A stretch of 64,000 bases of DNA from Convolutriloba macropyga (lineage: Eukaryota), in assembly GCF_964194025.1 (NCBI RefSeq), contig NC_134476.1, positions 11,966,001 to 12,030,000 of the forward strand, in the 5' to 3' direction. The notes beneath the pieces are model-generated. The model saw only the letters and a program-made list of their open reading frames with translations. It had not been told where the DNA came from and made no database searches. Position 1 is the first letter of the stretch. Every line of letters starts with the position of its first letter. Positions 13,381 through 25,800 of the stretch are shown in pieces. The translations under genes and the position numbers were made by a program.

Positions 13381-13468
13381 TTAATCTCTGAATATGTCAA
13401 ATTCATTTGAAATGTGACCTGAATTAGACTCTGACTCAGTACTGAATTTTCTTTTGAGTTAGGTACGG
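13189..13468. mobile_element. 280-bp foldback MITE-like insertion
   Basis: Ends CCCGAACCTAA/TTAGGTACGG, flanked by CAG on both sides; internal inverted TCAGTACTGATTCAGA/TCTGACTCAGTACTGA; absent from the paralogous site at ~15156; truncated copy from 11923. Confidence 0.7.
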
Positions 13469-14468
13469 CAGATTTTGTAACCGAGCATAGACTGATAAAA
13501 TATCAACTATTTCAGTTGTAAAACATTGACTTTAACAATCAATCAAGCTAAGCGTTTGAGTTGTCAGCCTAATTTAGTATCATTTTTGTCACAGATGCCC
13601 TTGGTTAGTTTATTCAGCACGCTTGCTAACTTTGAGTTAGAACTTCTAAAGCCGCCGAAGGGTGATATATAAATACCCTGGTCGAGGCCTCGGCCTATTA
13701 AAAAAACATCTTTGACTGATAGCAGCCTTGATAAAAAATTAGCTTGACTTATTAAGTTGTCCACTAACTTAATAAGTTGGGCTTAAACTAAAACTGTTGT
13801 TTTCGATTTTGTCTCGAAAATAAACGATGTCTTGGATCGTGTAATCAAATAATTAAAATTACACTCAACCCCCCCTCCTCGTTTGTGATCACTTTGAGTC
13901 CAGGCCTCGACTAAATCATTTCGATTCTTTCGAACAAAAATCGATCAAATATGAGCTATGAGCGATATCTCTTTTTTCAGCACTGAATATAGTACGTCAT
14001 TGGCGAGATATCATTTTTTGGTCATTCAACAAAAGTTTGTACATAACAAAATTAGTGACAGTTTATTCAGGATAAATTCAAACAAGTTTATATATGCGCA
14101 ATGGAGATATTGAAGAATTTTAAATTCAACGCCAGTGAAAGGAGTTAGAAGATGATTAGTTAGAAATGCCCCCTACCCGGCCAGGTGTTATATGACCAGT
14201 TATAATTGATATTTTGAGTATATAATTTTTTTGATGGTACATAGTAATTGTTGACTGTATTATTCAGTTTGCCTCGTTTCGAATTGGAATCTACAAAAAA
14301 AAACAGCGAAAAAACAAGCATTTGTTTGTTCTCACTTCACAGGTTTACGATCCGAAAAATTTTGTTCACGGGGGTCGGGGGCATTCGGGTTATTTTTGCA
14401 AACTTTTGTGGAGAATATAGTTTGTATTCTCTGGTACCATCATTCTAGGTATGGTCTGGTGACATTAT

Positions 14469-14528
14469 TCAGATCCATTTGAAGGCGACGATACTGATCA
14501 GGGCAAAAACAGAGAAAGGAATTATTAG
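14469..14528 (-). pseudogene. Orphan copy of the gene B GPI-signal coding end
   Basis: Translates LIIPFSVFALISIVAFKWI* versus PVILSTVFALFSITASRWI* in gene B. Confidence 0.65.
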
Positions 14529-15727
14529 TCTAATTAGTTGAACCTTCGAATTATTAGGAATATTATTACAGATTTAGCTATGTATTATTTTGAGGAGTTG
14601 TAGCGGGTTCAGCTATTTTTTTGTGAGAGTTGTTGGGGTTTTAAACATAAATTCCAAAAAATTTTGTGATAACTTTGATAGTTTTATCTATGAATCTTGA
14701 ATAAGAAATATGGCGTCTTTAGCCATGAAGTGTTAGTCAAAAATTTTTTTAGATTTTAGCCAAAATAATATTGAAAAATGCGGTGGATTTTTGAAAAATG
14801 CGGTGAATGAAAAGCTGTGAACTCTTTCAATAAAATTGGTAATGGGTTTATCGATGAATTTATTTAATAAGAGATTTTATCATTTTGGCTTTTTGCTAAA
14901 TTCGCAGAAGTTTTTATATTCGAACCATGTAACCATCTGGCTATGAAATGAGGTGTAGTTTTTCCTTTCGAGTGATCCTCTTTGGAAAGTGGTTAAAAAG
15001 TCTGAGTTAGATGTTAAATTCAGTAAGGCACGTTACACACTAAAAAGGCGTCATTATGCAAAAGCTATCATTCACTCAAATCACAACAAAATTAACAGCG
15101 TAAAAGCATAACTTCATCGAACCAAATCTCAGTTACAACAAATTAGCACTGATAACAGATTTTGTGACTGAGCACAGATTGATAAAATATCAACTATTTC
15201 AATTTTAAAACGTTGACTTTAACAATCAAGCTAAGCGTTTGAGTCGTCAGCCTACTTTAGTATCAATTTTGTCAGAGATGCCCGTGGTTGATTTATTTCT
15301 GGCACGCTCACTAACTTTGAGTTAGCACGTCTAAAGCCGCTAAATGGTGAGAGATGAGTTACCTTTGTCGAGGCCTCAACTTATAAAAAGACCATCCTCA
15401 ACCATTAATTTCAAAGACCATTAATTCAAAAGTTGTCCTAAAAACGTTGTCTTCGATTTTGGCTTGAAAATGAACCCCCCCCCCCCCCCCTCGTTTGACT
15501 TTGTAGGTCTTCGCATAGAGTCGAGTCCTCGACAAAAGTAGAATTTTGATACTTCTGAATGGGCAATCGGTCAATTATGAGCTATGAGCTATATATCTCT
15601 ATTTTCAGCACTGAACAGTGCGTCATTGGCGAGATATCATTTTTTGATCAGTAATCAGTAAAATTACTTGCCTTAAGTTTGTACAGAACAAAATTAACAG
15701 TTTATTCAGGATAGCTATAGACAAGTT

Positions 15728-15918
15728 GGATCTATTCTGTTTTGCTCCCCCCCCCCCCCCCCGACCAGCTCAGTGGGCTTTTATGTTTTATGCCCCCCCC
15801 CCCCCCCCAGCAGGCGCACGCGCTATCTTTTTACATAGTAAAGTGCTATATAACAACATAAAATTTGTAACTGGGGGGCGTAAAAATCACTGGGGGGAAG
15901 GGGAAACAGAATAGATCC
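15728..15918. mobile_element. 191-bp MITE with 15-bp perfect TIR and 8-bp TSD (Merlin-like GG termini)
   Basis: TIR GGATCTATTCTGTTT/AAACAGAATAGATCC; TSD GACAAGTT at 15720..15727 and 15919..15926; empty site (AACAAGTT once) in the paralogous copy at ~14081. Confidence 0.9.
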
Positions 15919-16236
15919 GACAAGTTTATATGGGGAAAAGATTTTAAAGTTCAACATCAGTGAAGGGGGTTACAAGGTTGTTATTTCAAACTGCCCCCAC
16001 CCCGCCCCAGTGGAATATGACTAATTATAATTGATAATTTGTGTGAAATATTTTATGATGGTACACGCTAATTATTGATTGTAGTAGTAGGTCATACAAG
16101 CATTCGTTTGTTCTCACAGGTTTATGAACCCAAATATTGTTCACCAGAGGGGGCGAGGACAGTTAGGAAATTAGTTTTTCAAGCTTTTAGTGCAGTAAAT
16201 AGTTTATCCCTTCTGGATATGTTCTGCTATCATCGT

Positions 16237-16847
16237 TCAGATCCATCGAGAGGCAGTGATACTGAACAGGGCAAAAACGGTGGAAAGAATTACTGGAAAA
16301 GTGTCCACGGAGGGTTTGACGGCAGGACTTCCTTGTGTAGTCCCCCCAACGGTACCACCTACCTGCACTGTCACCATGAGATTGGCCGGATCTCCAACGC
16401 CAAGACTTGTGGCAATAGCTGCAATAGTGGGTGGCAAAGCGGCTACATGGCTCAGGTATGCGTTCTGGACATCAGCGTTACTGAAACCAAATCCAGGGGG
16501 ATAGGTAATGGTGAACACCATCACGGCCATCTCTGTGTTCCGCTTGGCTCGTCTAGACGAGCCGCTGCTCTTCCGGAGAGTGCTAAGACATTTCCCCCTG
16601 TCCTCAAATTTAGCGCAAATTGCGTCCATAACACTGTTGACATTTTGTCTCTCTGGACTCGTTTCGTTGTCATATTCGGCCTTGTATTCGGCGAATGCAT
16701 CTTCCACAGTCGCAACGTCTCCAGAGAGAAGCCCATTGCAGTCGTCTGTCTCGCACAGAATCATGTCACCTGATGCGTTGTAGCCGGACATTTCGGCAAA
16801 GTCCTCCACATCGGCTCCAAAGTACATTTGGGTATACATGTCGATTT
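16237..16847 (-). CDS. Gene B exon 3 (CxxxxCN, second domain, furin site, GPI-type tail)
   Basis: GC-rich ORF 16237..16839 extends to the GATTAG acceptor. ILCETDDCN, AICAKFEDRGKC, SRRAKR, hydrophobic C-terminus. Confidence 0.85.
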
Positions 16848-19800
16848 CTAATCACACAATTCTCTTGTCAGATTTATGTAGGAAAATATAGCGAGTGAAA
16901 AAGAAATGGTGAACTACAGCAAACTTTTTGGGCAACCCAGGATGACGTGCGCGACCAAAACCGACCCTGATCAGACCGACTTGGGACGCCCACGGGGGGT
17001 AAACCGCGACCGCTCCACAGAGCCTAAAAAAAACTTTGTCCAAAAAAAACTTTCTATTTCTCGAAGTAAGTACCTCACAATCAAATTTCCCGCATCCGGA
17101 AATTTGAAAACAAACCCAACTTTTAAATTTAAAAAATTTAATCCCTGGCTACAAAGTTCTGTGAACACTCAAAAACGCCTTCACTGAAACTTCGTACCTT
17201 ATTTCACTAGTTTCACCAAGATTATTTTAAATTGATTCGTTTTTGAATTGTTTGAATTGTACTATATTAAAAGCGATTTAGCATCTACTCTTTGGCTAAT
17301 TGCTTGATATGTTACCATTTAACGCTCTTGGGTTCAACAAAGACGCTCGGTAATGTGCGTTCTTACATAATGTTCCGACCCCGCTCATCCACGTTATTTA
17401 ATTGACAAATCAGGAATAAATAGAAAACCTCCGAAAAAATCACATATCGTCTAACAAACAACTGAGTGAAAAAAGTGCTGGTTTAGAGGGCCGATGATAC
17501 ATGCCATTAATGAGAGTACTCGACAAGACAAACGTAAAAATCGAATACTAGGAAACGTTAATGGCGACCAAAATTCGATGTCTGAATTATAAAAGAAAAC
17601 TTAATAACAAAAAAGAATACGGAATCAGATAAAACCTGAATTCAACAAATTAATGTGTACTTCAGCAGATAATATATGAGACCTCTCAATAATGGGACTC
17701 AGTAAGAGGTCGACAAAAAGCGAAACGGGCAAAGTTCAAATATAAGTTTCTATTTTTGAAAACAACAAATTTCACTTTGACTAAAACCAATAAGTATCAA
17801 CTCGACTCATTCGGAATGTTAATTTAATCTTCATGGTAAGCAACTAAGACCTGTCTCAATCAATAATATGTCAGATGGCTACAAAAAGAACGGAAGAAAC
17901 AAAAAAACCATTTAAAATTTTAAAAACGAAACCGTTGTCGTTCATGAATAACCCTAGTTGTCGTGAATTGTGCATCTTTTCGACGCCAATTGTGCCACTA
18001 CATTAGCTTAAAGATGTGACGGCAGACAAAAAAAAATCAGAAATGGACAAACACTCAAAAATTAGAGTATTTTTGCAAAAATGCGTAGCTCCAAAGTCAA
18101 GAAACAATCAGTTGAATATAAAAACCATTAAAAAGACTAGATTAGAAGAAAGACGATAAGACCTTGCTTCACTAAAAAAAGGATGCTACCCGTCAAAATG
18201 AAACATTTCAAAATGAAACAAAACCAGATTAACTTGAGCCTCTCAGAAAGCAAGTTGTGCTTCTTAATATTGAGACTGAATCATAAGACGACAAAAAGAC
18301 AATAAATAACGACAGAACTCAAAATTTCAAAAAGTTTATCGAACCCACAGTTTTGAATCCACTAGAACTATAAGACATTGAAAACCACTAATAAATTAAA
18401 ACTAACATGGGTTCAAAATTTTTGGTGCTTTGATATTCCTCGATTTTAACTGGGTCTTCTTTGTAAAGGGTCTTTGTTGAAAAGTCAACAAAAAGAATCA
18501 GAAATTATATCGAGAACTCACAAGCTTCTTTTAAGACTCTTAAGGCTCTACACAAAACTAATTCCTAAGGCTTTACAGACATAAGTCAAAATTATAATCA
18601 ACACCAGAAACTGTATTTGGAGCAAAAGGAAAATGATGAGCCCTGTCAATAATGATGAGCCCAGGTTTAGTTAGTTGCTGACGACAACGAGAAAAAAATT
18701 GAAGTACAAAAATAATTTCATTAAAAATTACTCTTAACGTCTTCAAAACTGTTAATTATAGACTAGAATCAGTAAAAAATAAACAAATTTTTCATAGAAG
18801 CAATAAAGGTCATATATGCGCCATAAAATGCGCCGTGTGATAACAAAAAGCAACAATCAATGGAAAAAGAAAAAAAGTGCGAGAACTTTTGGGAGAAAAC
18901 GAAATTTTGCAGACATTAAAACTATAAGGTTCTCACTAAAATTTTTAAAAAGACTTTTTTTTCCTCTTTTCACAATTGGAGATGTCCTTAAAGCAATAAT
19001 TTGAACAATTTAAAAGTTAACAATCTCAAATATATGTAAACCTTAAAAAATAACAAAACTTTTAGGAATTGTCGCAGTAAGAAGGCCAAGAAACTATTAG
19101 TTGAATAGAAATCTTCTTGAAGAGGAGTTCCAATTCACTTGGAATAAATGTTGCCCTGTATGGATTGAGACTAGGCTATATGTGGTCACAACTAAGCGGA
19201 CATTTTTTTAAAAAACAAATAGATTCAAAGTCAAAAGAGGACTTACTTAACATCTGAAAGCATTGTTAGGTTCACATATAGCTCTTGAAAAAACCAATTG
19301 TATCACTGATTAATAAGTCAAAGTCATGAGGCTGCATGAAGTATGGCAAAAGAAGGCAAAATAAAATAAACAAAAAGTTTATGAAACATATAGGCAAAGC
19401 CATATAAAATACGAGTTTTACTCTGAAGACAGAATGGTTTTTGGCCTCACTTGGAAGAAAAAAGGATCTTTTTTATTTGGGCCCGGGTTTTAAATCATTC
19501 TTGTGAGTAATCAATAAAAAAATAATTTTTTTTTGAAAAGGACCACCCCCCCCCCAAATAAAAACCGAGTATTTATTGATGGGAAGAATCCAAGATGAGT
19601 CCAAACCTAGCCCTGATTTGCTGCTTGTCCAGCAAAACTTATTATTATTCCATATGTTTGCAAATTAGATCAAATTGTAAAGGAAGTAACTCAAAAACAA
19701 AAATAATTGATGTATTTTGCATAAATTTTAAGTTAATTGTTTGGAAAGCCCGCCAAGTTTTAAATCCAGAGGACTCCCAGAGCAATTAAAACTACAAATA

Positions 19801-22800
19801 TTTTTTGAAGAGTTATTGAAGATATTGGCAGCAGGTATTTGATCTTTACTTTTGCATATTTAAACAAAGTGACACTGAGAAAGGCGTATTTGGAGACATT
19901 TTTGTTTAAAAAACATTGAAATTCGAAAATTATAGCCGAAGTTTTCACCAAAAGACAAAGGTAAAACCAACCCACAAGCCTCCTTCGACCCCAGTAGTAA
20001 CACCAATAACGTTGTTGTTAACAATTTCATCAGTTCGTAGCAAAAAGAAAAAAAACTTTGGTCAAGAAAAACGAAAAGTGTTAATGAAAACAACGGAATT
20101 CCGTCTATTATTCACAAAAAGCAAAAAATTGAACCTCGATAATTCCCTGTAAGAAAAAAAAATCTTTTTGGTTTTCTTTTCTACACTTGACGGGGTTTTC
20201 TAATTATACCAGTTTTAACTCTCTGCGATGAAAACATTGATCGGCCAAAGTTTTCCGAACAAAAAAATGTGAGTATAGAGTCGATCCCCCCCAAGTGGGT
20301 CGGTACATTAAACATAGAATGATATCACTATCATGAAATCAAATGTAGTCTAAAGCTCCACTACACGGGCTATTGGTTTTAATTGTACACAAGTCACGCT
20401 AAATGAAGGTTGAAATGACTAAGGCTTCCATTGCAAACTATTTTACTTATCATTGATGCAAACAACTGCTGGTATTTTTGAAAAAGTTTAATCTTTATTA
20501 AAACACTTTCCTTTAAAAAATCTGATTAGCTAGTCTTTCATTGTTTAGAGAATGGGTTAAAGGTTAAGCTTGATTAGTTTTGTCTTTTTATCAATCAATT
20601 AAATTACGTCGATAAACAGAGTAGCACCTAACTGAAAAAAAGTGGGGTCAAAGAGTGGCTGAAAACATTTTTTGTTTTAACCTCAACATAGCACGTATAT
20701 TTCTTGATCCTCCAAAATACCAAACAAAAGGGAGCTGATAAATTTGAGTAGTGTTCTAAAATGCACTTATTGTCTTGGGTGGGCAAAACTTATGATCTTT
20801 CCAGCTATTTTGTGCGGGGGATAAAAACTTGTTAAAAAGTCACATTTTTGTGAAATTGTTAAAAAATTTGTAAAAACTTAAAAATTTCTGGCGGTCCATA
20901 ATATTCATTTCAAAGTTTAATTTTTCTTAAACACTTACTTAGTCAAAAAAACTATTCATGGTTTTTTAAAAAGTATGTAACTGAGTTGCCTTTTCCTTAT
21001 TTCAATCTCTTGATAACTTAATGTAATATATCGTAAATAAAACGAAAGTCAAAATTTGGTGGTTTTAAGCCGACATCTGATTTTATTTGATGATTTAATT
21101 GACCATTTGTAATGCCAGAGCAGTGAGTGTGGGTAGATAAAAAACTAATAAAAATTGAGTGCCAGGGCTCCACATTGAGAAATATTGTGTCTGGTATGGA
21201 ATTTGCAGCGTCAGAGGTAAAAAGGAAGCAACTTTGCAGAGATTAAGGATGAAATATTCGTATGAAAAGGACAAAATAAATGCTGAAAACAATATGAATT
21301 GTTCCATAAAAGTGCTGGAAAAGTGTTTGAAAGCGTTCAGTAAAGCGATTCATACAACCAGTTTAAATGACGGGAGAATGAACACTTGTGTTTTTTTAGA
21401 GTAAAAATGGTTATTTTTGGACAATTTTGTGCAACAGATTTCCACAAAAACAATTCCATTATGCAAATATTGTTTTGCATTGAAAATGACAACAAATGTA
21501 GGCTGTTAAATTGCGTAACACAAGATGTTTGAGTTAGAATGCAAATGTGAACACGTAACATAGTGTAAAACTTGGGGAAAATTATAGAAAATGACAAAAT
21601 TGTAACCTGAGAAACTGATGTCCGACTGAACCCTACTGCGCAACTTTGGCAAAATGATAGAATGAGCAGACTTTTTCCCTCACATATTCTAAACTAAGTT
21701 TTTTATGAAGTAAATTGTGTTTTTCCTACTTTAATAAACAATTTTCCTCTTCTGTTTTTGTTCTCCTATTGTTTTGATAGCACTAAAAATAACTATCGCT
21801 GTATGTCTACAGTGTGCTTCTATTTTTATCGAACCTGGATTTATTTTGCCTACCATTGATTGGTTGAAAACTGGCTGAAGATTAATTTTTTACTGTTACA
21901 TGTGACAATATATGTTTTTGATTTTTTGTTCAAAAGTTTTGGTCTCGGCGTTTGTGATTGGCTGGCCGAGTTTTAGGAACTATTGTCTACTACATGCGCC
22001 AAAAATGTTTCTTTCATTAGCATTAAAAATTCAGTGTGGTCGTATCCGCTTTCTTGATTGGTCAATCGAGTTCAAGCTTTATTGCCGTCTTGCACCTGTT
22101 TAAACAAGTGTTTTTTATTATCAATGACAAGGTGTAGTCACAAGTTTGAGTTCGTGTTTAAAAAGTGTTATGTCGTCCTCTCACGATCACTTTGATTTTT
22201 ATCACAATATCGCATGTTCAATGGAATGTGTATATTGTTTACTATGCATAAATTAAAACTACAGTGAAAGCAACAATTTAATTTCAAGTGGAATAGGTTG
22301 CGTTGAGACTAAAAACGAATGAAATGTTAGGCTACATAAAGCGAACAAAAGACACAAACAAAATAATTTCCAATCTAGAAGATCCAAGAAACAAAAGAAA
22401 CAATGTCTTTAATTGAGCTTTAGAAGTCGATATCAAGTGTTCGTTTCTTTGGAGCAAAGCAAAGGCTCAATGGTGGCGTCTCAAGACTGCTTCTGGCAAT
22501 TAGGGAAACTTCCGCTACCTCGGGAATTGAGGGAGCTGACGTTGAATCTGGTAGAGGCGAAGTTGCCTGAGTCATAATGCCTGGACATTCGGGGCTGGTT
22601 GGCATCCGCCAAAAAGTCTCGATAGTTTCTAGTTGCCTCCAATAGCCCTCCTGATTTTCGATTAGAGGTCCCTCTTTGATTTCATAGACATATAGAAATT
22701 TCCTTACATTTTCATCTATCGTCTCTGGACTGAAAACAATTTCTCTTACGTAGCCGGTAACATGATTGATCGTGTACTGTGCTCCTTTAATCAGTCCCTT

Positions 22801-25800
22801 CTGAAATCTGCATGATTGGATGTAGTCAAAAATTACATTTGGTAGCGCCATGTGGTTAATTGTAATCCACTCATTGTCCTGCAGCTCTTGTTTAACAATA
22901 ACGACTTTCTTTTTTTTGTAAAATTCATTTGCTATTTTTCTCAAATCGGGATTGGCCCCTTATTTCAGAAAAATTGCCGCCGAAGACATGTTCAAACTTG
23001 GAAGACAAGGTTGCTGTTAAAGAATTGTTGTGGTAGGTTATCAAATCGTAGAAACTTTTGGTAAAATTTTTCTATATAATCAAAATATAAAACAATTTGT
23101 TCTAAAACAAACAAATTTAGTATCAATCTATATAAACTGTGCTCTGCTAGTTTTTGCCACTTTGTGCATGCGAATTGAAGTCAAGTTTTAAAAATAATTA
23201 ACTTGTTAACAATAGAGAAGAAAGAGAAAAAGAAATGATGAAAGACTGTGAAAAGACTTTTATTGTTTGATAGTAATTAAAATTTAAAAAATCAAAACTT
23301 GTTAAGTTAGTCTGTCACTATTATTAGAATGACAAAATCTTATTCCCTCGTTGTTTAAGGATTGTTAATAATGAATGGTTTTCATAATAGATTGTTCAGA
23401 GAAAACCATTAAAAAGTTCTTTTGGTTGCATTTTGATAAGTAAAAAAGACTTGGCATTCATTTTGATCTATCAATTGTTTGTAGAAACTGTTTGAAAAAC
23501 ATTCACTAGAAGTACTAATCCATTTCAACATCTTATTCTGAAAAGTCAGTAAGATTCAACTATTTCCTGCCAGCAAGAGAACACTTTAGCGAGTTGGACT
23601 GCTCTGATCATGATATTGCTCTAAAGTTGCGTCCGTGTGGAATTCTAATTGCAATAGTGAACCTCTAATTGATTCACATTTTACCAGAAAAACTGTGCAT
23701 ACAGCCAACACAGAAATAAACATCATTGCAATATACTACATTTTCATAACCATGTCATTGCTGCTGTGGAGCAACTACCACAGTCGTTCAAGGATACTTC
23801 TAAACCATATACAATACCGTGTCTCTTCACTTGTTTTCAACTGCAAATTCTCGGGTCTTCTCGAACAGTGCGTTATGGCAAAAGCCTGGAAAAACTTCAG
23901 TCAGTTACAACGACCAGCCCAACCTAAATTGTTCAAATTCTAAAAAAAATTTAACAAATGTCAAAAGGATAAAGACAGTGGATGTTTAAACTCAAACTAA
24001 CTTTTTAAGAACTTGTACGATTGATAATTTCTATATCATTTATAATGTTGGTCTGTAAGGTGAGCTTTCCAAAGTACTTTATATATTGAATAGTGGCTAT
24101 GAATGTTTGCATGCTGACAGTAGTTAGACTTTAAAAAATTTAATATGGAATTGAAATCTTTTATTTAAAGTCGTGTTCTTTTGTCGTTGAAGAAAGAATT
24201 GACCAAAAGAGTTAAATAAAATTGTCAGAGCATATGATTAGCGAGGCGTAGCAAATAATTATCGTTCAAATTCATTATCGAAGGTTTTGAGTTGGCTTAA
24301 GTTTGAGTATTTGAGTTTCTTCCTTTTAAAATCGTATCAAACGGCAAAACAATATTCGGTAGTTTTGTATTGAGATTCCAAGCTGATCTGCCACCTAAAC
24401 TTTTCTCTGTGCAGCAAAAGAACCATTCAATGACTTCCGGCATGTTGCAACGCTGAAGCACTGACTATAATAAGACTATGACTCCCTCACTTGTTAGCTT
24501 TTTGGAAATTGTTTGCTGCAAAAACTCTTTAAAAAATAATTCCAATGAATACAATTTCAAAACAAAAAGCGTATTTCATCTTTATCCACTGGTGGGGTAG
24601 GTGATAATGTAGTTCTTTGTCACTTTTCTTCCGGATTAACATAAAAAGTTGAGCTTTTTCGCTCAGAAATAAAGTTTCTACGTTGAGTGCCAAAACTCCG
24701 TCAAATGTTAGTTGAAAGGATTTTGAGCAATTCATAAGTTCTGGATGAAAAAATTATGAGAAGCCTATTGCATTGAAGTTAAGTCAAAAACTAAAACAAA
24801 CTGGTTGGCACAATTGCTCAAAATTATGCGCTGCCCACCTTTGTCAAGAAAATCCAAAGCTTCAAGAGCATTGAAGTAAATGCGGTGGTTAAATCTAGCT
24901 GAAACCGCAGTTCCAACAAAAGATTAACAGTTTTTTTTACAAAAAAATTGGCTCAAATTGATTTTCTGGTAGTGAAAAGGACTAGTGCTATTAATTCCAA
25001 GGTATGCTTGATTTGCTTCCATTGCAATTATCATACAACGCACTGGCAAAAAATGTCCTAATAGCTCCAACTTATTATTCCAGTTGTAGCTAAAAAAAAC
25101 CTTCGTGGCAATACTTCTGGATATTGCCACAGGTGGATAATGCTATTGAAACACGGCAGGTGTTTTTAGTAGAGTTTTTTCAATTTCCGTCAAAACATGA
25201 TCCGCTACTGTTATTTTTCTAACGTACCGATTAGCTTCAATTACTTTATTTTTGTAATGTTTGTTCAAATGGGAAAATACTGTACAAATATTTTGTAGAC
25301 CTAAAAGAAATTCACAAAGTGACAACACAAAGAAAATCTTCATCACAAGTTATCACAAACATAACTCGTCAGCTTTCTAAAAAAATAGTTTTCCTGAGAG
25401 TTAGCTAAACGAGTTTTTCTGGCCGCAACGTCAATCGCGCAACCATCCGTTCCGTCAATTTTAGCTGGTTCGTCCTCATAAAAAAAATCCTGAAAAACTA
25501 GTTATTTGTTTCTTGCAGTTTTTCTAGACAACACTTCAATTTAATTGAAAGCTTTGTTTGCCTTGTTTCCTTTTGTGTAAGAACTTTTAACACTATTTTA
25601 ACGCAGATACAGTGCGTTCTGTAAAAAAACAATGTAGAGCGTTGTTGCTTAAGTATGGCGCGTCTGTGTTTGCAGCGTTAGTGACTGTCCTGCAATCGCC
25701 GTCATTGTTTCGGGAGATTTTTTATTTAATTTCAAACAGAAGTTTATGTAAACAGATGAAAAAGTTTCTGTCGCCCAAAACTTCAAGCTCAAGCTGTGGA

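Larger units (their letters stand above)
13040..16296. repeat. Diverged tandem duplication of the gene B 3' end and flank (~13040..14528 vs ~15010..16296)
   Basis: Colinear blocks, e.g. TGATAAAATATCAACTATTTC, CGTCATTGGCGAGATATCATTTTT, TTCAGATCCAT..GATACTGA.CAGGGCAAAAAC. Confidence 0.85.

Noticed and set aside
16075-16773. 232-aa plus-strand ORF and other ORFs overlapping gene B exon 3
   Set aside because: Antisense shadows of a GC-rich coding exon; no motifs or splice context.
21159-21404. CVWYGIC resembling the NPC1 N-terminal motif
   Set aside because: Short chance match inside a repeat arm; the mirror copy changes the motif and frame.
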